A stretch of DNA of 32,000 nt. It comes from Erysipelothrix inopinata. GTDB lineage: Bacteria > Bacillota_I > Bacilli_A > Erysipelotrichales > Erysipelotrichaceae. The notes under the pieces were generated by a model. That model made no database searches, was not told where the DNA came from, and saw only the letters and a program-made list of their open reading frames with translations. Positions 9,163-15,445 of this stretch are shown here, piece by piece. A program made the position numbers and the translations under genes. The stretch spans positions 1-32,000 of the forward strand of contig NZ_CP060715.1 of NCBI RefSeq assembly GCF_014396165.1, written 5' to 3'. The stretch's first letter is position 1, and each line of letters opens with the position of its first letter.

Positions 9163-10233
9163 ATGCGTAAGAATAAAAAGGTTTTATACCCTGTTGTGCT
9201 CGTTCTTCTATTCTTATTACCTTTGAGTGGATGTACTAAAAAAACATTCTCACAAAGTGATGGATTGGATGATAACGGATATTGGAAGAAAGTTACTGCC
9301 ACAGATTATGTTGATGTAGAGCCCTTCAAGAATCTAACGATTCCTTATGAAGTCCATGCTGTATCAGATGAACTCGTTCAACAACAAGTTGAATATGCAT
9401 TCAGTTCCCTTTCATCAAGTGTCAAAGAAGTAACCGATCGTGCTATCGTTGCTGGTGATAAAGTTAATATTGACTTTGTTGGCTCAGTGGATGGCGTTGA
9501 ATTCGAAGGTGGTTCAAGTAAAGGTGCTGTAGTTACAGCGGGAAGTCAAGAATTTATTGATGATTTCTTAACACAAATTATAGGGCACACTCCAGGAGAA
9601 ACAATGGACATTGTTGTTTCATTCCCTGATGAATATCCAAGCAACACAGATCTTCAAGGTAAAGAAGCTCATTTTGAAACTAAATTAAACTTTATAGCGG
9701 AAAATGAAAAAATCGAGGTAACCGATGCATTAATTAGTGAAAAATTTGGATCACTTGGTTGGAATACAAAAGAAGAATTAGAAACAGGAATACGTACTGA
9801 AATTCAAAAAGAAGCTATCGAAAATTATGTAAAAGAAGTTCTAGCAAACTCTGAAGTTAAAAAAGATATTCCTAAATCTGTAGCGAAATATCAAGAAGAG
9901 TCCTTGATCGCAGTATACAGTAACTATGCTAAGAGCTATGAAATGACAACTGAAGAATTCATCAAAGAATATTTACAAGTTGAATCAAGTAAAGAACTGA
10001 TTGAAAAACATGAAGATGATTTAAAGAAAAACTCAATTTATTCTCTTGCTATTCAAGCAGTTGCGGAGGATGCAGGTATTAAAGTAACTGATGAAGAAAT
10101 CGAAACATATCTTGGTGCAGGAACTACTGAGAAGTATCAAGAAGAATACGGAAAGCAATTCTTAAAACGAACAGTCCTAACTCAAAAAGTTGTAGAACAC
10201 ATTGTTGAGAACGCAACTTTAGCTGACGCTTAG
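9163..10233 (+). CDS. Lipoprotein, trigger-factor-like FKBP-type peptidyl-prolyl isomerase/chaperone (extracytoplasmic)
   Basis: Signal peptide plus lipobox (LLPLSG|C at residues 18-24). The next part aligns by eye with the trigger factor PPIase domain (GDKVNIDFVGSVDGVEFEGG...IIGHTPGETMDIVVSFPDEY...LQGKEAHFETKL). The C-terminus is a helical arm-like region. The ribosome-binding N-domain is absent. AGATTAGGTAG RBS region. Confidence 0.8.
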   Translation: MRKNKKVLYPVVLVLLFLLPLSGCTKKTFSQSDGLDDNGYWKKVTATDYVDVEPFKNLTIPYEVHAVSDELVQQQVEYAFSSLSSSVKEVTDRAIVAGDKVNIDFVGSVDGVEFEGGSSKGAVVTAGSQEFIDDFLTQIIGHTPGETMDIVVSFPDEYPSNTDLQGKEAHFETKLNFIAENEKIEVTDALISEKFGSLGWNTKEELETGIRTEIQKEAIENYVKEVLANSEVKKDIPKSVAKYQEESLIAVYSNYAKSYEMTTEEFIKEYLQVESSKELIEKHEDDLKKNSIYSLAIQAVAEDAGIKVTDEEIETYLGAGTTEKYQEEYGKQFLKRTVLTQKVVEHIVENATLADA

Positions 10234-10235
10234 AC

Positions 10236-10284
10236 AAAAAAAACCAAAGCACGGAAGATTAAATTTCCAATGCTTTGGTTTTTA
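10236..10284. terminator. Bidirectional intrinsic terminator between convergent genes
   Basis: Stem AAACCAAAGCA (10241-10251) pairs with TGCTTTGGTTT (10271-10281). An A-run lies upstream and a T-run downstream. It sits between the stop at 10233 (+) and the stop at 10292 (-). Confidence 0.85.
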
Positions 10285-10291
10285 TATGTCA

Positions 10292-11275
10292 TTATTTAAT
10301 TTCGTTTGGACTTTCGTTTGTTTCTACGAATGATTTTAATGAACGTAATGCAACTTCTACCATGTCAGATACTGCTTGATCTGTATAGAATGCAGTATGT
10401 GGTGTTACGATAACATTTTTATGACGTTCAAGGATTGCTAATTGGTGGTTACTGTATGTACGCATACGGTTATCTGTATGAACAATACCAATTTCATTTG
10501 GGAATACATCAAGAGCTGCTGCTCCAATGTGACCTGATTCAATACCTTCAATTAATGCATCTGTGTCAACAAGTTCTGCACGTGCACAGTTTACGATAAC
10601 AACACCTTGTTTTGTTTTCGCAATATTTTCTCTATTAATAATGTGGTGTGTTGAGTCAAGAAGTGGTGCGTGTAATGTAATAACATCTGCTTCTTTTAGA
10701 AGTGTATCGAGATCAACATATTCTAGGATATCTTTAAGTGATTCATTTTCATATAAATCAAATCCGATAATACGTCCACCAAAACCACTCAGGTTACGTG
10801 CAGTATTTGCACCGATACGTCCTGTACCGATAACACCAAATGTTAAGTTGTGCATTTCTTTACCTTGTAATCCTGGTAATGAGTAATCATGTGCTTCAAG
10901 ACGTTTCATCATTGTTTTCATGTTACGAATTGACATAAGAATTAACATAACTGTAAAGTCAGCAACACAACTTGGTGAGTATGTAGCGTTTGAGAAACGT
11001 AATCCGAGTTCCTTAACAGCTTCCATATCAACATTGTTAAATCCTGCACTACGTGAAGCAAGGTATTTAACACCATGTCCTTGTAGTTTTTCAAGAACTG
11101 GACGGCTTGCGTCACAGTTTCCTAAGAATGTTACAGCTTCAAATCCAGCTGCTTCATCAACATTGCTCATTCCTAATTGACCTTGAACAAATGTAATATC
11201 TAATCCTAATAATTCTGAATATTTTTCAAATGCCGCCTTTTCATCGGGACGGACTGCATAAGCGATTAATTTCAT
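10292..11275 (-). CDS. NAD-dependent D-isomer-specific 2-hydroxyacid dehydrogenase (D-lactate / D-2-hydroxyisocaproate dehydrogenase-like)
   Basis: 327 aa with Rossmann motif GVIGTGRIG and catalytic Arg/Glu/His context (NCARAELVD ... TPHTAFYT) typical of the LdhA/HicDH/VanH family. Confidence 0.88.
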   Translation of the reverse strand: MKLIAYAVRPDEKAAFEKYSELLGLDITFVQGQLGMSNVDEAAGFEAVTFLGNCDASRPVLEKLQGHGVKYLASRSAGFNNVDMEAVKELGLRFSNATYSPSCVADFTVMLILMSIRNMKTMMKRLEAHDYSLPGLQGKEMHNLTFGVIGTGRIGANTARNLSGFGGRIIGFDLYENESLKDILEYVDLDTLLKEADVITLHAPLLDSTHHIINRENIAKTKQGVVIVNCARAELVDTDALIEGIESGHIGAAALDVFPNEIGIVHTDNRMRTYSNHQLAILERHKNVIVTPHTAFYTDQAVSDMVEVALRSLKSFVETNESPNEIK

Positions 11276-11286
11276 GTTATTTCCTC

Positions 11287-12315
11287 CTATTTGAAATCGA
11301 TTTTGTAATCTTCAGCAGATACAAGTTTTAATTTATTGTCAAATAAATATGATGACACAAATCCCATAACTACAGGGATGCCTACAAAGACGAGAACTGT
11401 AATCAATAAGTTTCCAGCAGAATAACCTACAATGTTTAAATGATTAATAGGTCCAATAAGACCACTAATACCGAAACCAGCACTTGCAGGTGTACCAACA
11501 ATTGTTAGAATTCCAGCGAATGCACCACATACTGCAGCATTTAAAACGATTGGTAACATCATTTTAGGTTTCTTAATCATGTTTGCCATTTGCATCTTAG
11601 GTGATCCTAAGAAGTGCGCAATACTTGTTCCAACACCATTAACTTTAAATCCAGCAATTGCAAGACCAAATCCAGCAGCACAAATACCTAGGTTTGCAGC
11701 TCCCGAACCAATACCTGCAAGAGAGATAGCCATCGCAACACCCGCTGTAGAAATTGGTGATACAATCATAATTGCGAAAGTAATAGAAATTAAGATTCCA
11801 GCGACAACAGGTGTAAAGCTTGTAAATGCATTAACCATTTGACCAATGAATCCGGTAAATGCTGAAACATAAGGTAACATAATTAAACCAAGTTGGCCAA
11901 CTAAAATAATAACGATAGTTGGTACAAGAAGAATCGTATATGCTTTAAAACGATTCCCAATCATCAACATCACCCAAACAGCAATCGCTGCTGTGATACC
12001 AGCATTAATAACATCACCAATACCCGCAAGTACAAGTGTGCCATCCATAAATTTAATACCACCCGAACCAATTGCAGTTGTAATTGCTAATGTTGCAGAT
12101 TGAATCGGTGTAAGTTTGAATTGCATTGCAATTGTTAGCCCCATAACAACTGCTAATAAGCGTGTTGAGATTGTTGTAAGTTGACTTACAAATTCCCAGT
12201 TTAACGCTTTAGCCAATTCTCCAAGAAGTGCACCAGGTATCAATGCAACAACAATACCAATGCTCATTCCTGTTAAGACTTTATTCGTAAAGTCTTTAAA
12301 TGATAAATCTTTCAT
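11287..12315 (-). CDS. Polytopic membrane protein, PTS EIIC-like orphan permease (paralog of 3052-4101)
   Basis: 342 aa with the same conserved blocks as the 3052-4101 product (roughly half the residues identical by eye). Strong AGGAGGAAAT RBS. Only 11 nt upstream of the 2-hydroxyacid dehydrogenase start. Confidence 0.6.
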   Translation of the reverse strand: MKDLSFKDFTNKVLTGMSIGIVVALIPGALLGELAKALNWEFVSQLTTISTRLLAVVMGLTIAMQFKLTPIQSATLAITTAIGSGGIKFMDGTLVLAGIGDVINAGITAAIAVWVMLMIGNRFKAYTILLVPTIVIILVGQLGLIMLPYVSAFTGFIGQMVNAFTSFTPVVAGILISITFAIMIVSPISTAGVAMAISLAGIGSGAANLGICAAGFGLAIAGFKVNGVGTSIAHFLGSPKMQMANMIKKPKMMLPIVLNAAVCGAFAGILTIVGTPASAGFGISGLIGPINHLNIVGYSAGNLLITVLVFVGIPVVMGFVSSYLFDNKLKLVSAEDYKIDFK

Positions 12316-12349
12316 ATTTCCTCCTAAAGGTCAAAACCCTTACACAACT

Positions 12350-12380
12350 ATGGTAAAGGGTACCCTAAGGGAGTAGGCAA
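12350..12380 (-). promoter_or_regulatory. Candidate MerR-type promoter (19-bp spacer with GC-rich dyads) for the EIIC-like/2-hydroxyacid dehydrogenase pair
   Basis: On the minus strand, TTGCCT (12380-12375), a 19-nt spacer CTCCCTTAGGGTACCCTTT, then TACCAT (12355-12350). The spacer contains dyads CCCTTAGGG and AGGGTACCCT. An alternative reading of the same bases is a weak terminator hairpin CCCTTTAC/GTAAGGG followed by TTTT. Confidence 0.3.
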
Positions 12381-12386
12381 TATTCT

Positions 12387-13205
12387 TTATTCAATTCTTA
12401 TCTGAATTTCTTGGATCATTGTTTCGTCTGATTTTGAAAATGTGTAGTCAACAATGCAAAAATCGCAGATATTTCCAACAGGTTTATACCCATGTTCTGT
12501 ACACCAATCAAGGAGTACTTGATAAGATACTGTGTCGTAATAACCGCCTTTTTTGTACATACAAGCGTACTTTCCTGCAGGTAATGTACATTTTTGTGGT
12601 GCATCCAAATCGGATGACAACATGATAAACGAACCTACTTTCGATAAATAGTTCTCTGAAGAATCTGTGGGTTCCATACAAATTGTGCCATAAGGCATTT
12701 GTGAAAATATGCTCATATCGTTCAAATTACGAAGCATCTTGCGGTATGCTAACATAACTTCAACCACACTATTCTCATTTTCGCACAGTTCATACATTAC
12801 AACACGATCCTCAAAAAACTTGATACTTGGGTGGTTTAAATCCCTTTCATCGATTAAATCAGCCTCTTTATAGAACTTCAACAGGTACTCTAGGTCATGC
12901 TTTTTAGTCATATTTCGAGCTATTTCAACATTAACCTCTGTGAGTTTTTCTTTCAATTTGTCAATTAACGGTTCAAATCGTCGATCACCCAGTAGTTCCT
13001 GAATTTCTGTTAATGAAAATCCGAGATCCTTTAAGTAAATAATCTGCTTTAAATACGGAAATTGCTCTCGTACGTAATAGCGATATCCTGTTTCTTCATC
13101 GATGTGATCTGGCATAAAGAGTCCGATTCTGTCGTAGTATAATAAAGTCTTCTTGCTCAAGTTATGGAGCTTTGCGACCTCATTGATTAAAAAGTTTGTT
13201 TTCAT
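12387..13205 (-). CDS. MerR-family transcriptional regulator with C-terminal GyrI-like effector-binding domain (BmrR-like architecture)
   Basis: N-terminal MerR HTH (FLINEVAKLHNLSKKTLLYYDRIGLFMPDHIDEETGYRYY), a coiled-coil linker, then a GyrI-like C-terminus (LPAGKYACMYKKGGYYDTVSYQVLLDWCTEHGYKPVG ... IQIRIE). I place the start at ATG 13205 (MKTNF) behind an AGGTGAG RBS. The 54-codon upstream extension in the ORF track runs across a terminator and promoter. Confidence 0.88.
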   Translation of the reverse strand: MKTNFLINEVAKLHNLSKKTLLYYDRIGLFMPDHIDEETGYRYYVREQFPYLKQIIYLKDLGFSLTEIQELLGDRRFEPLIDKLKEKLTEVNVEIARNMTKKHDLEYLLKFYKEADLIDERDLNHPSIKFFEDRVVMYELCENENSVVEVMLAYRKMLRNLNDMSIFSQMPYGTICMEPTDSSENYLSKVGSFIMLSSDLDAPQKCTLPAGKYACMYKKGGYYDTVSYQVLLDWCTEHGYKPVGNICDFCIVDYTFSKSDETMIQEIQIRIE

Positions 13206-13223
13206 ATTCTCACCTATGCCTCT

Positions 13224-13251
13224 ATTATACATTTTTCCGTTACCAAGGCAA
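13224..13251 (-). promoter_or_regulatory. Candidate promoter of the MerR-family gene
   Basis: On the minus strand, TTGCCT (13251-13246), a 16-nt spacer, then TATAAT (13229-13224), immediately after the upstream terminator. Confidence 0.45.
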
Positions 13252-13275
13252 AAAAAAAGTCGCATAAGGCGACTA
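13250..13275 (-). terminator. Intrinsic terminator of the glucosaminidase / glycyl-radical mini-protein transcript
   Basis: On the minus strand, AGTCGC-cttat-GCGACT followed by T9 (plus-strand A-run 13250-13258). Confidence 0.75.
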
Positions 13276-13411
13276 CTTCGATATGTTTTCTTATGTTTGC
13301 GTCTAAAGAGATAACTATCGTAAGCTGACAATGACATTCTAACGCATTGATGCTTCATGACATCCAATATGTCATGAAAGTCATAAATAATGTTATCAAC
13401 GACACAAATTA

Positions 13412-13702
13412 TTATGAATGATGAACTCGGTCTCTTTCTTCCGAACGCTTTCCATCATTAAATCGATCTAAAGTTCCAACAAGATACCCAGTAATTCTAC
13501 GAATTCGGTCAAAGTTCTGTGCAGCAGTAGACCATTTCACATCTACATATTCTCCATCTTCCACTATTTCCAAATGAGTAATATTCTTATCTTCATGTTT
13601 CATAATTACTTCTTCACAGTAAATTTCAACATGTTTCATATCCATTCCAATTGGGTAGGATACAATAATATCTTTATATAAAGTTTCCATAAGTTCCACC
13701 AT
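13412..13702 (-). CDS. Small protein with NrdD-type (class III ribonucleotide reductase) C-terminal glycyl-radical motif
   Basis: 96 aa. The C-terminal 30 residues, FDRIRRITGYLVGTLDRFNDGKRSEERDRVHH, match the NrdD C-terminal signature R-[VI]-x-G-Y-L...[FW]N-x-GK-x-x-E-x-x-x-R-V-x-H as I remember it. It has no Zn-ribbon cysteines and no barrel. The start is uncertain: ATG 13702 or ATG 13690 (the latter has a GGTGGA RBS). Its start lies 2 nt after the stop of the upstream gene. Confidence 0.6.
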   Translation of the reverse strand: MVELMETLYKDIIVSYPIGMDMKHVEIYCEEVIMKHEDKNITHLEIVEDGEYVDVKWSTAAQNFDRIRRITGYLVGTLDRFNDGKRSEERDRVHHS

Positions 13703-13704
13703 CC

Positions 13705-14289
13705 CTATTTCTTATCATACTGATATAATTCGTAAGTTTCAATCATTTCTATGAGTTTTTCTGCATAGTTTGGGTCAGTAGCATATCCCATCGTTTGAAG
13801 AGCAAGGGCAGCTTCTTTATAATCCTTTGCATTCTTCACAGTTCTATAATACTTTGAATTGAGTAATGTTGCATGATCATCAAAGGACTCTTGGAAACTT
13901 GGATACTTCCTAAAATCATCCATGATTTCTATCCATTTATCATTTTCATATTCTTTAGTTGGTACACTCACAAACATTCCTTTGTAATCACCTTTAACCC
14001 CAAATAAGTTATTGGCGTCAATTGCAAGTTGGCTTTGACCCCAATCTGACTCTAAGATTGCTTGTGCAATCGCGATGCTAGGCAGGATTCCCATTTTCTG
14101 ATGTGACTTTTCAGCGTATGGGACCATTTCTTTAATAAACTTTTCTTGGTAAACAGGCATTTTAGGTTCCTCAGGTTGTTTACGATTTGCAACCACAACA
14201 TTTAAGAAGAGTAAAACACTAAACATAAGTAGTAAACTAAGGATTACTTGATGATCTTTTCTTTTTTTAGTTTGTTTCTTTTTTGTCAT
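13705..14289 (-). CDS. Membrane-anchored N-acetylglucosaminidase-family peptidoglycan hydrolase (LytD/FlgJ-type glucosaminidase domain)
   Basis: Basic N-terminus plus one TM segment (ILSLLLMFSVLLFLNVVV). The glucosaminidase domain shows IAIAQAILESDWGQSQLA..NNLFGVKG ... YATDPNYAEKLIEMI. I place the start at ATG 14289 (MTKKKQ) behind a GAAAGGA RBS. Confidence 0.85.
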   Translation of the reverse strand: MTKKKQTKKRKDHQVILSLLLMFSVLLFLNVVVANRKQPEEPKMPVYQEKFIKEMVPYAEKSHQKMGILPSIAIAQAILESDWGQSQLAIDANNLFGVKGDYKGMFVSVPTKEYENDKWIEIMDDFRKYPSFQESFDDHATLLNSKYYRTVKNAKDYKEAALALQTMGYATDPNYAEKLIEMIETYELYQYDKK

Positions 14290-14365
14290 AACTGAATCCT
14301 TTCTCACTCTATTATACATAAATATAAGAATAAGTAATGAAACAATACTGTAAGTTTAAGCAAGG

Positions 14366-14374
14366 TGTTATAAT
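14366..14374 (+). promoter_or_regulatory. Extended -10 promoter element for the 14400-15404 gene pair
   Basis: TGtTATAAT at 14366-14374, 26 nt upstream of ATG 14400. The -35 is poor. Confidence 0.4.
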
Positions 14375-14399
14375 TAGAGTATAGAAAAGGGGTATAGTA

Positions 14400-14621
14400 A
14401 TGAAAGTTATTGTTACAATGATTAGCGGACGAGAATTCAAACTGGATGATGATTGTTTTATTAATGAAGTCAGTGTGGGTCAATCTCATAAGGTATCACG
14501 TATTATCTATAACTTTACTACGACTGTTTCAGATAATAGAATGATTCATTTCACAACACCTGACGGTGATTATTTAATCCCAGTTACCAGTATTGAAATG
14601 ATTTCAATTAAAGAGAATTAG
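14400..14621 (+). CDS. Hypothetical small protein (73 aa), no family recognised
   Basis: Good AAAGGGG RBS. It ends 9 nt before the next gene, whose GGAGG RBS immediately follows this gene's TAG stop (14622-14624). The composition looks beta-rich. Confidence 0.55.
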   Translation: MKVIVTMISGREFKLDDDCFINEVSVGQSHKVSRIIYNFTTTVSDNRMIHFTTPDGDYLIPVTSIEMISIKEN

Positions 14622-14630
14622 GAGGTCCCT

Positions 14631-15404
14631 ATGCGCACCAAAAACAAATATTTTTTATCAGGTTTTATACTATTGTTGTTGAGCTTTGGATTGGCAATTG
14701 TGAGCTATATGTTCTATCGAGAACATGACAAAATGTTTTTAATCATTTGTGCAACATTAACACTTATCAGTCTTATTTGCTCTTTCTTAAATTTCAATTT
14801 CTACAGAAATTATGACCTTGATCAACAACTTGGATCTGACGAAATGGTCTCAGATGATGACATTGAAGAAGATATAACAGAAGTCGAACTCGATAATGAC
14901 ACTCTGAACGCAAACAAAATTGATGAAGTACAACCACAGAAAGTAACTTTATCACACACTCAACATAGTGATTCTCAAGAAGAAGGTTGGATTACAATCA
15001 ATTCATCCGAAAATCAAATTTTAGATTTCATATCCGTAATGAACGATTTTAAAAGTCTTGATATGAATCCTGAGTTTAATTGTAATCTTGAGACACTTTT
15101 AAAACTTAACAGAATTGACGAGAAAATATGGAAGTGGAACTTTGAAGCAATTCCGTTTGTCGCTCTATCTCACAATAAGAAAACTGACGTTCTTACAATC
15201 CATGGGGGAATGTCTCAGGATGATCTCCATAGATTAGGTACAATTCCTGAAAATATGAATCAAGAAATACTTAAGGTTTATCCAAATATCAAACATATCA
15301 AAGCATCAATCCAAGGTGGTGACTATCACTATCTATCAAGTGCCGATTCATCATTTGATACACTATCGACACCTTATGAAGTTCACGTTAAAATCTATTC
15401 ATAA
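14631..15404 (+). CDS. Hypothetical membrane protein (two N-terminal TM segments, acidic linker, about 130-aa C-terminal globular domain)
   Basis: GGAGG RBS. TM1 is FLSGFILLLLSFGLAIVSYMF and TM2 is MFLIICATLTLISLICSFL, followed by a D/E-rich linker. The C-terminal domain has no motif I can name with confidence; any resemblance to HIRAN-type layout is faint. Confidence 0.6.
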   Translation: MRTKNKYFLSGFILLLLSFGLAIVSYMFYREHDKMFLIICATLTLISLICSFLNFNFYRNYDLDQQLGSDEMVSDDDIEEDITEVELDNDTLNANKIDEVQPQKVTLSHTQHSDSQEEGWITINSSENQILDFISVMNDFKSLDMNPEFNCNLETLLKLNRIDEKIWKWNFEAIPFVALSHNKKTDVLTIHGGMSQDDLHRLGTIPENMNQEILKVYPNIKHIKASIQGGDYHYLSSADSSFDTLSTPYEVHVKIYS

Positions 15405-15407
15405 AAT

Positions 15408-15445
15408 AAGCCGCTATACACTTTAATGTATAACGGCTTTTGTTT
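15408..15445. terminator. Bidirectional intrinsic terminator between convergent genes
   Basis: Stem AAGCCGcTATACA (15408-15420) pairs with TGTATAaCGGCTT (15427-15439), followed by TTTTGTTTT on the plus strand. Confidence 0.8.

Noticed and set aside
13206-13367. ORF-track N-terminal extensions: the MerR gene to 13367, pdhA to 8912, glucosaminidase to 14319, glcD-like to 16821, pilin to 17299, pilD from 18882, and the first minor pilin to 25517.
   Set aside because: In each case a downstream ATG is preceded by a good Shine-Dalgarno sequence and begins the conserved family N-terminus. The extensions cross terminators, promoters, RBSs or a neighbouring gene.
13354-13378. A 10-bp-arm inverted repeat TTCATGACAT-ccaat-ATGTCATGAA lies in the roughly 135-nt 3' UTR between the glycyl-radical mini-gene and its terminator.
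   Set aside because: No U-tract follows it, and no protein or sRNA signal is associated with it. A repeat of this size with a short loop is not very improbable in 32 kb of AT-rich sequence. It may be a 3' stabilising hairpin, but the evidence is too thin.
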